This document shows, one piece after another, positions 39,303 to 52,858 of a stretch of 64,000 nt of DNA (its first letter is position 1; every line of letters starts with the position of its first letter). The notes under the pieces were generated by a model. It was not told the DNA's origin. It saw only the letters and a list, made by a program, of their open reading frames with translations, and did not search any database. The position numbers and the translations under genes are program-made. The stretch comes from Rhizophagus irregularis (taxonomy: Eukaryota), in contig NC_089432.1 of assembly GCF_026210795.1 (NCBI RefSeq), positions 1,054,001 through 1,118,000 on the forward strand, read 5' to 3'.

Positions 39303-39901
39303 GCCTCTATACATGACATGTTTCCGTCGTACCCGAATTTTTTTATATGTAACTTTTTGTGCTACAGTACATGATTGACATCGATTTCAACCATTTTGCG
39401 TAAAGGTCACGTGATAGTAATAGAAATACTTTAACGAATAGTTTAAAATTTAGTGTATGTGTGGAAATTAAAGCGTATACTTTATTTAAATTTATAATAA
39501 ATGTATATCAATAAGTACGAAAAGTAAATGCTAAACAAAATGCAATCACAAATAAATCATATCAAAATATAATTAACAATATTGCTGCCTCGCTATCGGC
39601 GATCTGCAATATTACAATATGAATAAACCAAAAATTTATATATTAATCCTTAACTTACACTTAGTATAACTTGCACTAAGTGTAAGTTATCCAAAGTGTA
39701 AGTTATACAAAACACCAACAAATTGTTGATCATTTCAATTATGTCAGCGGTATGCCGAATTTTTGCCGAATTTTGCATATATGCTGATCTGCGTAACAAT
39801 ATTACTAACATAAAATTTCTTTTTTGGAATTTATTAACGTCCAAATTTCTTACATGCAAATAGTTTATTATTTTAAAAGAAATTTTTTGAGCATTTGCAA
39901 A

Positions 39902-42900
39902 ATGTTTTTCAAAAAAAAACCTTTAGAGATACATAACATTCTGGAATATTTAAAAAATAATTTTACAAATTGGACCAGTAGAAATGAAAAAATTGATAAC
40001 TTCATTCAGGAAATGCAATTGAACATCAATAATGAAAATGATGTAGTATTTGAATGGATACCATATAAACAATTTAATAAAATCAAAGAGATAGGCAAAA
40101 ATGATTCTATAACAGTGTATTCATCAATATGGAAGGATGGTCCATTATGTAAAATGAATATGTTGAGTGGGTATTATGCAAGGGATCCAAATATAAATGT
40201 CGCCTTAAAATATTTACATAACTCACAAGATTCTGTTGATTTTCTAATAAATGAGGTATACCATTTTAATAAATATTCTTAATACTTTAAGTATAATAAA
40301 TTTACTCATTTGTTTATATTTAGGCTAAAAAATATTCAAGAAAGATCTTTGATAGAGCAATTTGTGACATATATGGAATATCTCAAAATCCAAAAACAAA
40401 TAACTATATTTTAGTTCTTGCATGGGCGAGTGGAAGCGAAAAAATTGATAACTTCATTCAGGAAAAGCAATTGAACATCAATAATGAAAATGATGTGGTA
40501 TTTGAATGGATACCATATAAACAATTTAATAAAATCAAAGAGATAGGCAAAAATGATTCTATAACAGTGTATTCATCAATATGGAAGGATGGTCCATTAT
40601 GTAAAATGAATATGTTGAGTGGGTATTATGCAAGGGATCCAAATATAAATGTCGCCTTAAAATATTTACATAACTCACAAGATTCTGTTGATTTTCTAAT
40701 AAATGAGGTATAACATTTTAATAAATATTCTTAATACTTTAAGTATAATAAATTTACTCATTTGTTTATATTTAGGCTAAAAAATATTCAACAAAGATCT
40801 TTGATAGAGTAATTTGTGACATATATGGAATATCTCAAAATCCAAAAACAAATAACTATATTTTAGTTCTTGCATGGGCGAGTGGAAGTGAAAAAATTGA
40901 TAAATTCATTCAAGAAATGCGATTAAAAATTAAATGGATACCATATAATCAGCTTCATTACATTAAAGAGGCAGACAAAAATGACCTTATAACATTGTAT
41001 TCAGCAATATGGAAAGCTGGCCCATTATATAAGAGATATGGTTTGAGTAATTATACAAGAAATCCATGTAAAGAAGTTGCCTTAAAATGTTTACATAATT
41101 CACAAGAATCCATTGATTCTTTAATAAATAAGGTATGAATTTCTTTAAAGATTTAAATACTTTTTTTATTTATTATATTAACAATAGTTTTTACTTATAT
41201 TTAGGCTAAAAAGTATCTAACAATACATAATGCATTTCAAGTATTGTATGGAATATCTCAAAATCCAGATACAGGAGATTATATTTTAATTCTTAACCAG
41301 ACGAGTGGAAATGTAAAAATTGATGATTTCATTCAAGAAAAGCAATTAGAAATAAATGACTATGATGATATAGTGTTTGAATGGGTTCCATACAATCAGT
41401 TTAATAAAATTGAAAAGACAGGCAAAAATGGCCCTGTAACAGCATATTCAGCAATATGGAAAGATGATTTACTACATTATCAGTATTATGGATATACAAG
41501 ACATTCAAATAACAAAATTGCTTTAAAATGTTTTCATAATTCACAAAAATCCATTGATTCTTTAATAAATGAGGTATGAAATTCTTTAATTATTTAAATG
41601 TTTATTTTAATATATTTACAATCTCTTTTATTTATATTCAGGCAAATAAATATCAAACAAAGCATAAAGCATTTCAAGTATTATATGGAATATCTCAAAA
41701 TCCATTTACAGGAGATTATATTTTAATTCTTAACTTGATGAGTGGAAATGAAAAAATTGATGATTTCATTCTGGAAAGGCAATTGAAAATTAGTAACTAT
41801 GATGATATTGTGCTTGAATGGATACCATATAATCAGTTTAATGAAATTAAAGAAACAGGCAAAAATAACCTTATAAAAGTATATTCAGCAACATGGAAAG
41901 ATGGTCCATTATACAAGAAGAATAGACAGAGTAATTATACAAGAAATTCAAATAAAGAAGTTGCTTTAAAATGTTTACATAATTCACAAGTATTCATTGA
42001 TTCTTTAATAAATAAGGTAAGGAATTTCTTTAAATATTTAAATACTTTTTTTAATTAACATATTCTAATATTTATATTAGGCTAAAAAATATCCAACAAA
42101 ATATAAAGCATTTCAAGTATTGTATGGGATATCTCAAAATCCAGATACAGGAAATTACATTTTTGTTATTAACTGGACAAGTGGAAATGAAAAAATTGAT
42201 GATTTCATTCAAGAAAGGCAGTTAGAAGTTAATGATTATTATGATATAGTGCTTGAATGGATACCATACAATCAATTTAATGAAATTAAAAAGACAGGCA
42301 AAAATGACCTTATAACAGTATATTCAGCAATATGGAATAATGGTCCAATATACAAATTGTTTGATAATGATAATTATAAAAGAGATTCAAATATAAAAGT
42401 TGTTTTAAAATGTTCACATAATTTACAAGTTTCTATTGATTCTTTAATATATGAGGTATGAAATTTCTTCAAATATTTAATAAATACTTATTTTAATTAA
42501 TATATTTACCTTTTATTTATATTTAGGCTAAAAAATATTCAATAAAACATGAAGCATTTCAAGTATTATATGGAATAACTCAAGATCCATATACAAGAAA
42601 TTATATTTTTGTTCAAAATAATTCTATAAACTTAACAAATTGGATCAGTGGAAATGAAAAAATTGACGATTTCATTCAAGAAATGCAATTGAAAATTAGT
42701 AACTATGATGATATTGTGCTTGAATGGATACCATACAATCAGTTTAATGAAATTAAAGAAACAAACAAAAATAACCTTATAACAGTATATTTAGCAATAT
42801 GGAAGGATGGTCCATTATACAAGAAGAATAGACAGAGTAATTATACAAGAAATTCAAATAAAGAAGTTGCTTTAAAATATTTACATAATTCACAAATATT

Positions 42901-44771
42901 CATTGATTCTTTAATAAATAAGGTATGAAATTTCTTTAAATCCTATTTAAATACTTTTTTTAATTAACATATTCTAATATTTATATTAGGCTAAAAAATA
43001 TCCAATAAAACATAAAGCATTTCAAGTATTGTATGGGATATCTCAAAATCCAGATACAGGAGATTATATTTTTGTTCTTAACTGGACAAGTGGAAATGAA
43101 AAAATTGATGATTTCATTCAAGAAAGGCAGTTAGAAGTTAATGATTATAATGATATAGTACTTGAATGGATACCATACAATCAATTTAATGAAATTAAAA
43201 AGACAGGCAAAAATAACCAAATAACAGTATATTCAGCAATATGGACAAATGGTCCATTATACAAATTGCTTGATGATTATGATTATAAAAGAAATTTAAA
43301 TATAGAAGTTGTTTTAAAATGTTTACATAATTCACAAGAATCTATTGATTCATTAATAAATGAGGTATAATTTTCTTTAAATGTTTATGTATTTTTTCAA
43401 TTAATATTTACAATCTCCTTTATTTATATTTAGGCTAAAAAATACCCAACAAAACATAAAGCATTTCAAGCATTGTATGGAATATCTCAAAATCCAGATA
43501 CAGAAGATTATATTTTAGTTCTTATGTGGACAAGTGGAAATGACAAAATTGATTATTTCATTCAAGAAATGCAATTAAAAATAAATGAACATGGCTATGA
43601 TGATATAATACTTGAATGGATACCATACAGTCAGTTTAATAATATTAAGGAAATAGGTAAAGGTGGTTTTTCTACAGTATATTCAGCAGAATGGAAGAAT
43701 GGTCCATTAGAATATAATGTGGATAAAGAAATCTACAAAAGGAATTCAAATAAAGTAATTGCTTTGAAATGTTTGCATAATTCCCAAATTATTACTGATA
43801 AATTTTTAAATGAGGTATGAAACTTTTTTAAAAGAATCACTATAATAGAATAATCTTTTATTTAAGCACAATGTAATTACTTATTTTTTGATATCAATGT
43901 ATTTTAATAGGTTAAAGAGTACTCAATAAGTAAAAGCAGTAATATTCTTAATATATATGGAATATCTCAAAATCCAGATACAAAAGAATATATTATGGTT
44001 CTCCAATATGCAAAAGAAGGCAATTTTAATCATTGGATAAGTAGAAACTATGAATATTTCAATTGGAAGGACAAAATATCTGTATTACTTAATATTGTTA
44101 ATGGTCTTAAGGAAATACATCAAAGAAATTTAGTTCATCGTGATTTTCATACAGGAAATATATTAATTTTAAATTACATAAGTTATTTTAGTAACTGTGT
44201 ATTAATTTCAGATATGGGATTATGTGGAGAAGTAGATGAAACTAAAATTTATGGAGTTATGCCTTATATGGCTCCTGAAGTATTAAGAGGAAAGCTTTAT
44301 ACTCAAGCAGCAGATATTTATAGTTTCGGTATGATAATGTACTTTGTAGCAACTGGAAAACAACCTTTTGGCGATCATGCACATGATCATCTTCTTGCAT
44401 TAGATATTTGCAAAGGAATTAGACCTGAAATAAGTGAGCCAGAAGCACCAAAATATTATATTGATTTAATGAAAAAGTGTTGGGATTTAGATAAAAATAA
44501 TAGACCAGATATTTTTGAGATAAATAAATTAATCACATCATTTTATGAGTTATATGTGGAGAATTTTGTTACTGTAGAAAATGAAGAAATTGTAATACAA
44601 TTTAAGGAGGCAGAAGAATATAGAAAAGCAAATCTTACTTCCATTGAAAATTACCAAACAGCTACCCATTCACAAGCTATTTATACATCTCGATTACTTA
44701 ATCCTATTACAAAAGATCTTCCAAAAAATGATGATGATTATAATTCTCAATGTTTAGATCAAGTAATCTGA
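39902..44771 (+). CDS. Tyrosine-kinase-like protein with 9 tandem N-lobe modules and one C-lobe, ~1408 aa; exons 39902-40255, 40324-40707, 40776-41132, 41205-41573, 41642-42016, 42081-42455, 42527-42922, 42990-43364, 43434-43814, 43911-44771
   Basis: All 9 introns are GT-AG, phase 0, after LINE/LINK-type motifs; every exon length is a multiple of 3 with no in-frame stop found. The last module has GKGGFSTVY and IALK, followed by HRDFHTGN, DMG, APE, DIYSFG, CWD...RP. Confidence 0.9.
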
Positions 44772-45357
44772 CTCCAGATGAAATCCAAACAAAGTATATT
44801 ATAATAATATTGTGTTTAATTAAGATGTGCTAAAAATTATTCACTTGATATATATTTATATAGCTATTATTTTATAGTAATTTGCAATTAACATACAATT
44901 TTGTCCAACACTGTATATAGAATAACATTTATTCATGAATAAAATCAGTTTGTAATTGGACATTTTAAATATATTATTATTTTTTCTGATATGATAAACA
45001 AATGTTGGTAGCATTAACACTTCAATGAAATAATTCTTCAATGCATGAATTTGTTGATATATTTGTTGATATATTTGCAAAATAAAACATTCCATCCTTT
45101 CCTTTATATTCGTAAAATAACAAAAATAATACAATTTTTAAAATATTAAATATTTCATTTACACTGAGTTTAGGAACAAACTGAATTTTATTAGTTATCA
45201 AATTAAGACCAACTGGCTTAAATAAGTAAAAAATAAGCAATAATATTTATTTAATAAAAAATAAATCAACTGAAATAACATATTATAGTAGAAATTTATT
45301 TTTATAATTTTATCAAAGGCTTCTAGATATGTTATACTACAATACAGTAAGTACAAC

Positions 45358-46457
45358 TAGTGCCTCGACCCGTATCCGGATCAATCCGGATTGATCCGGA
45401 TTTTTTTTTTTTTCGGATATCCGGATTTTCACGGTTTTCATCCAGATTATAAATCGGATGAAAAATATCCGGTTTGACCCGGAATCCGGATGAAATTTTT
45501 ATTATTTTTTTTTTTAATTAATAATGATTTTGCTGATCCATAAAGATCTATATCTAAATTATATTATGGCTAATTATTTTTGCGCCTAATACCAATTTTT
45601 TTATTAAAATTTATTAAATTTATATTTGTTATATTAAACTTTTTAATACAGTAAGTTTAAGAAGATTTTTCAATTATAATTTATTTATTGAAGTTTGTAT
45701 CAGATTTGTTTATTTAAATTTATACATTAACAAATAACAAATAATTTTAGATTTCACATTCAAACGTTCAAAAGAAAAAAAACTTTATATTATTTTTGTT
45801 ACAACAAAATAATAATTATTGTTTTAAATGAAAAATTGTTCAATATTATAAATTTATATAATTATAACAACTTTTTTTAAAAATTAAAACTAGTGTTATA
45901 TAATTTGATTCAAATGATTCTTTAATTTTTGAAAGAAGAAACAAATCCTTAAAAAATTGCCTTACTAACCCAACACATCTATTTATAGTAATCTTTAGCT
46001 GTATATAAAAATATCTTGTTTAAAATTTCATAATTAGTTAATTTACAAAGAAATGTTAAACAATATTCTGAGACAATGCTGAAATAATATGAAATTGTTT
46101 TAAAGAAAAGTATTTAATGAAATTGGAATTATGTAAATTTCGTGGTCTTGAATAATTTTGGCCAAATTTGTAATTCTGGCCGAAATTAACATCACGTGAC
46201 ACCGGAAAATAGTTTAGCCACCGGGCAAAAAATTTTTTATCGGCTGGCATGAAAATTTAATGTTACACAATTTGTAATTCTGGCCGGCGTTATGAATTCT
46301 GGCCAGAATTATTGCCGATCATTTGTAAATCCAATCCGGTTTCCGGTTTCTATCCGGATTATCTGATCCGGATTCAAAATCCGGGTCAATCCGGATATAA
46401 TCCGGATTTTTTTTTTGTGTAATCCGGATGACGGTTTTCATCCGGGTCGAAGCACTA
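45358..46457. mobile_element. Non-autonomous hAT-type element, 1100 bp
   Basis: TIRs TAGTGCCTCGACCCG / CGGGTCGAAGCACTA; perfect 8-bp TSD AGTACAAC (45350-45357, 46458-46465); dense ATCCGGAT subterminal repeats. Confidence 0.92.
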
Positions 46458-46874
46458 AGTACAACAACAAAATTATGAAATTTACTAATAAAGGACTGTT
46501 ATGTTAGTTTCTACTTGCGTAGGAAAAATGGCCAATCGATAGTGCACATATGGGATCTAAATTGTGTTGTTTCTTATTTATAGTAAAAGCTTGGATATAT
46601 TGCAAAAAGAACATGAATATAGGTCAATTCTGATGGTTACAAAAATTTTAAGAGGAGGTAGAAGAGGGAATGTAACTTTACCTAATAGTAAATACTACTT
46701 TACAGTAACAATATATACAGTATATATTCCATACCAAATGTATGACATTACAATTTGAAGTTCATTGATAGATAATTTTTTGAATACTATTATCCTTGGG
46801 TACATTTAGTGCCAAATTGTTTTTCTACTTGGCATTTTCTGTTAACAACAATATTGCTGGCATTCAATTCGACC

Positions 46875-47377
46875 TAAAGATGGTCAATGGTCCTACTCGG
46901 TCCTACTCAGTCCGGTCTAAGCCAGTCCTAGTCTTTGTAAGACTGGACTGCAGGCCTTATTCATTTGTGGCACACTGGACTGAACCAGAGACTGACCAAG
47001 AGACCATCAGCCCGTCTTACAAAATTGATTTTTTCACAACATTTCCTTTTATTTTCTTTTTAGGAATGGTTTGAGACTTGGTCTTACTTAAAATATTTTT
47101 TTTTTTATTTTTTTCAAATATTCCTAAAAAATGTAAAATCTGCTCTTGATGATGATTTAAATAAATAAAAAAATTCCATAAATAAGTGTTTATTATTTAA
47201 TATTATAACATAATTTATAATATATATTGATATGTCTTTAGAAGGCCATGATCCTGGTTTTATTGATTTATCATGCAATTGAAAAGAACTATAGGAGACT
47301 GCGTCCTATGTGGTCCAGTCTTTTTGCCACATAGGACCAAAGGTGACTATGGTCTTTAGGACCATTGTTCATCTTTA
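46875..47377. mobile_element. Non-autonomous hAT-type element, older
   Basis: TIRs taaagatggtcaatggtcct / aggaccattgttcatcttta; degenerate 8-bp TSD attcgacc / attcaatc; ggtcc/ggacc subterminal repeats. Confidence 0.75.
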
Positions 47378-47921
47378 ATTCAATCTGCATTTTCTGATAT
47401 TTTTTTAGTACCACTATTCATATATGTTATGAAAAATTTCATAACAAAATTATAGAAACAAATTAATACTTTAGCCTTTAGGTTTTTACCAGAAACTTCA
47501 AATGAAATGAACTGCCAGTAATAGTGATAATTCAAAATCAAATTTTTTTTAGCTAAAAAAGTTTAACACTGAACTATGAATTTAAATCTCATATTATTTT
47601 ATTTTAAAACTAGGGTAATTTGGTATTGTTAGTGAGTTATAATATAATTATTGCATTATTCAGTAATTATTTATATATATTTTAAGTAATATAATAGGGT
47701 TTATATTAAAAAGTTGATTTGTATTTTGTATATTTATCAAATAATAAATTTTATGGTTTATTTTGAGTTTATTAGTTTTATTAAAGAAATATTATATTTA
47801 ATGATCAAAATGAATTAATCCTGTAACATGTTAAATGGTAATAATATAAAGATAAATATAAATATAATAGTTTGTATTGATTTTAATAAAATATTAGATA
47901 TGATGATAATGTTAAGTATAC

Positions 47922-48156
47922 GTCAAGGTTGCATGGGATGATCTCCCTCCTGAATATTATCGAAAATTAATTGATAGTATGCCTCAGAGGGTCAATGCTG
48001 TTATTTTCACGAATGGATATAGAATTAATTATTAAATTTTTGTAAAATTCAATAAAGGAAGGCGTAATGAACATGTTAAATTTTTATTTTCATTTTATAA
48101 AACATATAAAAATTTTTTAATTTTGAAAGTGGCCGGATCATTTAGGCCACCATCTG
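47922..48156 (+). mobile_element. 3' fragment of a second Tc1/mariner element
   Basis: VKVAWDDLPPEYYRKLIDSMPQRVNAVIFTNGYRINY* (Tc1 transposase C-terminus), then a TIR-like end ...ggatcatttaggccaccatctg|TA. Confidence 0.8.
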
Positions 48157-49107
48157 TATGTAACATGATCTGTCCATGTTATTTGATTGGCGGTCAGGTC
48201 ATATTATACACAATTCTTTATTGCTAATATAATTTTCCGGTTAATGAAATTTTAATCACTTTTTTTACAAAAAAACTTAGTTTGTATTAATAATAATTTT
48301 TCTATTCCCATCCTCTTGGAATGAATGATGCAGCTATCCAGTTATTTTCAGTTTTTGTAATTACAAATTTTTTTTAAATGAATATTATTCCTTTTTCAGT
48401 CAAAGCCAATTTTTTTCCATCATTGTAATTCTTTTATTTATTTAGTGTTTTTAATAATTTTTTTATCACTATAAAAATTTGTTTTTAAATTTTCTATTAA
48501 TAAAATAGTGGCAAAAAAAAAAATAATAAAAATTGATATGAAAATATAGAAACATAATATGGACGAAATTATATTTATTTTGTAAAAGATATTTTGCGAT
48601 GTGATTTTAACATGATTTATATAAAGAAAAAAACTCCATTAATCCATTTATATTTTGAAACAATAAAATGATATATCTTTTTTTATACTGTATATTCATA
48701 CTGTATGCTTATAAAAAAATAAAATCTCCATATTTTTTAATATTCCACATTTTAAAGTACTTAATTAAATTCATATATTTATTATTAAATTCAAATAATA
48801 GAATAGCATCTGTTTTTTAATACTAATATATTTCATTAATTTATAATGTTTCATACATTGCATTTATTTATTAAGTTTCATTTATTCACATTTATTGTTA
48901 ACCTTTTGTATACATGCAATTTACTTTATATATACTGCCTATTATCAGAATAAGTATGTTAATTATGTAATCATTTATGAACTTAATAAATAAACGTGTT
49001 AAAAAAAGAATCAGAATAAGTAAAAATTGGCAAAAAATCGGATAGCCAATTTTTGGCTACATCTGTCCAATTTGTGACTTTTACAGCCGATTTCATAGAT
49101 CGTTAGT

Positions 49108-50384
49108 GTATTACCAATATAAAAATGTAGATTCCATAATCCATATACAATTTTTTTGTATGGTAAAAAATAAAGAAAAATTTATATTGTAATATTAAAT
49201 TTAATTTTAAATAATAATGCTTTATTAAGTAATATTAAATAAAAATTTAAATTTTAAAAATACATTAAAGAATGTAAATTTATTTGCAATTCAGTATAGT
49301 ATGATCATAAAAAATATAAATTACTCCACTGCATTTTCATGAAAATTGGATTTTGACTGCTAAACAACTTTTAATTAATAAAAGAAGTCGATTTCCTTTG
49401 ACCAAAATGTTCAAAATACGTTCTGAAGTGACAAAACAGAAAAAATAAAATTCATGAATGAGTACCGTTGTGAAAAACGTGAATAACCCTTCAAGTATTA
49501 ACTGTACCTTCATGAAAATTAATATCCAAGCAGATTATGACCCGCTGAACAACTTTCAATTAATATAAGAAGTCGATTTACTTTGACTAAAGTGCTCAAA
49601 ATACGCTCTGAAGTGACAAAACGGAAAAAATAAAATTCGTGAATGAGTACCGTTGTGAAAAACGTGAATAACTCTTCAAATATTAACTGTACCTTCGTGA
49701 AAACCAATATTCGAACAGATTATTACTCGCTGAACAACTTTCAATTAATATAAGAAGTCGATTTACATTGACTAAAGTGCCGAAAATACGCTCTAAAGTG
49801 ATAAAACAGAAAAAATAAAATTCCATTGTGAAAAACGTGAATAACCCTTCAAGTATTAACTGTACCTTCATGAAAATTAATATCCAAGCAGATTTTGACC
49901 CGCCAAAAAACTTTCAATTAACATAAGAAGTCGATTTACTTTGACTAAACTGCCCAAAATACGCTCTGAAGGTAAAAAAAATTTGTAACTTAGTACTATC
50001 ATGTAAAAATGTAAATAACTCCAAAAATATTAACTGTGCTTTCATGTAGATTAATATCTTAACAGCTTCAAACTTGCTGAACTACTTTTAATTAAAGAGC
50101 AAGATTTACTTTGGCCAAAATGCTCAAACCATAATTTGAAATATGTGTAAACAAACTATAATATTTGTTTATATTTAAATTCTGAGTTATTTAATTTAAA
50201 TATGTTTGTGTTTATATTTAAGGAAAAAAAATAAAATTTTACTTCTATTTTATTAGGTTTTTGTAAATAAAAGACAAAAAAATAATCAGCTGAAAAAATA
50301 AAAAAATTCTTTGTTAATAACCGTAATACATGATCACATGTTGCAATATTAAAATCGGAAATCCTATATTTAAATTGGTAATAC
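49108..50384. mobile_element. Putative TIR element carrying a minisatellite
   Basis: gtattaccaatataaaaatgtagattcc (49108) vs ggaaatcctatatttaaattggtaatac (ends 50384); TSD unclear. Confidence 0.5.
49337..50130. repeat. Minisatellite, ~4.5 units of ~172-185 bp
   Basis: ttcatgaaaatt...aagaagtcgatttactttgactaaa...tattaactgtacc recurs at ~49337, 49509, 49695, 49867 and 50041. Confidence 0.9.
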
Positions 50385-50961
50385 GTATTACATATATGAC
50401 CGATAGGCCAAATTATATCTCCTGCTATTACAATTGTAAAATAATATTAAAATTATGAATAAATTAAAAGTTTTTCTAATTTGAAAAATGCAAATCTTTC
50501 TGAATTACTCAAATTTTCAAATCTGTTTATTATAGTATAATCAATAGTTAATTTTCACTGCAAAATCTCCTAGGAATGGATAAATAAATACATATAAAAT
50601 TTACTACCCAGTAAGGTTTTTTTGGATGGTTCTAACCTCTACTTATTATTTATTTTATTTATTTTATTTTTTTTATAGAGAGAAATTGTCATAATACATG
50701 TATTATTTTAAAATTAACATTTTAAAAATTAAATTGAAAAACTATAATTTATTAATTAACAATAAAATGTTTTTTGTTAAAATTATTTAAAAATTTTTTA
50801 AATTATAGCGAAAATGCTATAACAGTAAATAATATTATAATAGCAAAATTGATCAGCAAACAAATGAAAACATGCAAATATTGAATGATGTCTCAATTTA
50901 ACAGGTATTTTCAGTGGCACAGGAAGAGTTTTTGCGAAAAGTTGGCATTAGAAGTTTTTTT

Positions 50962-51031
50962 CATTGTCATTGTCATTGACATTGACATTGACATTGACAT
51001 TGTCACTGACATTGACATTGTCATTGTCATT
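50962..51031. repeat. Hexanucleotide microsatellite (CATTGW)n
   Basis: cattgtcattgtcattgacattgacattgacattgac... Confidence 0.9.
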
Positions 51032-51296
51032 TACATAAAGTTATATAAGATTAATTTGAGAGTTTTTTACCAAAAAGGAAATTTTTTTATAAAAAAAGAA
51101 ATGATTTTCAATTTCGAGGCAATTCAGCAGGTGTTTTAATAACAAATTGAGAAATGATTTCCATAGAAAATCTCGTGACAAAATTTATAATAAATTTAAA
51201 AATAAATGATCAACAAATGATCAACAAAATTGTTACTAGTTTTATAAAAAACGCCCAATAATATCTTTTTATTGTTTTAAAATATAAAAAACATAT

Positions 51297-52858
51297 GCTC
51301 AGATTAGTGATTTGTTTGATATACCTCATGTCGAATTTTATTCTACTATTGATAAATGGCCTTCTGCATATAGAGGAGAATTGTTAGCTGTTCTTTTAGC
51401 ATTAAGCGTTGTTCCAAAAAATAGTAAAGTTAGAATTAACACAGACTCGCTTAACGTGATTACTCAATTTGAAAAATTGAAGAAGTCAAGATTTTCTCAA
51501 ACCTCACGTGAATACTTTAAGGCTAATAATAATTTCTTATGGGCTATTTTATGTAGAATCATATTAACATTGAACTTGCATGTGGAAATGTTTAAGGTTG
51601 TTGCTCATGGTGATGATATGGGTAATAATTATGTAGATAATTTGGCGAAAATTGCACATACTGATCAAGATCGCTATATAGTTTTACGACAGAACGCTTG
51701 TATGATGAAAGTTCTTCCTTGTTGGAATGGAATTATTATTGAAAATAAGCTGCGCTCATTTTTGAAAAATATATGCAACTACAAAGGTTTAGAAAAATTT
51801 ATTAATTTGAATAGAAATTCTAAATATCGCACGCTAGAAGTCAACTGGACATCCACATTTAGTTGTTTAAATTGTGACATAAATAACAATGAAACTTCTG
51901 TTTCTTCTTCTAAAACGAAAGCTCAAAAAGTTCACTTGTTAATTGAAGAAATTCCTACAATTGAACAGATGAAGAAATCATTGTTTGACTTATATGATGG
52001 TTGGATGTGCCCTATATGTGGTCTACAAGACGAAACCTTTAATCATGTCTGGACGTGTAGTGGTCATTATGATATTATTAACAACATTCGAGATAAGACT
52101 ATTAATCATCTCTTAACTTGGATATTAGAATATAATGATAATATACAAGATTTTAATGCTCTTATGGCACTTGATATATGGGATATATCTTATGATCCTA
52201 ACATGTTTACTTTTATTGACTTGATTAAAGGTATTATACCTATGTCGCTTTCAGAATTATTGAATTCCTGGACTACAAAGAAAAATGTTGTTGATGTTTT
52301 GGTTCAAATGAGACAGTTTATTTTTAATGCTATATTCGAAGAAGTTTGGATTCCAAGGTGTTCGCATTTGAAGGAATTTGAACATTCTATAGGATTAACT
52401 AAAAAGAAAAAATTAGAATTCAAAAGCGTTCGTTCATTACCTAGTAATAATAGTAGTTATACTAATAATATTCATTATGATTCTTTAGATAGTGTTAGGA
52501 ATTACATTTATTTTGGTAAAAATATAATAGAATTTTATACTAATCTTACTTCGTAGCGCCATCGTAGATTTTAGTAGTTTGATTTATATAATTTTATAGG
52601 GTCAATTTTACTTTTTTCTGCAGGGCGGGCTTCAACTTACCAAGTTTCGGCTAGTGTATGGGAGGTAGTGGGTTAATTAAAGAAATGGTTTTTAGGTGTA
52701 GTTGGTTATATCTTTAATAGTTTCGTATTTAATTGCCCCATCGTCGAAGTAGATTCTTCTGATAGTTTAGTTCATTTTTTTTATTTTACTTCTTCATTTC
52801 TGATATGTTTATAAAATTTGTATTCGCTAACTATTACTGTTCAATAAAAATAAAAATA
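51297..52858 (+). mobile_element. 5'-truncated non-LTR retrotransposon: RNase H, C-terminal Cys/His knuckle, 3' UTR and (TAAAAA)n tail
   Basis: ORF 51312-52556 has RNase H motifs RGELLAV, INTDSLN, KVVAH..GN..VD.LAK and CPIC....ETFNHVWTC; 18-bp TSD AAAATATAAAAAACATAT at 51279-51296 and 52859-52876; TTTT|AAAA target site. Confidence 0.93.

Noticed and set aside
40708..43820. In-frame stops right after most donors (GTA TGA/TAA) as a programmed truncation mechanism
   Set aside because: Expected by-product of the GTATGA-type donor in phase-0 introns copied by duplication; needs intron-retention data
49519..49871. Two similar ORFs in the minisatellite as a repeat protein
   Set aside because: Unit lengths are not multiples of 3; ORF similarity is just the DNA repeat
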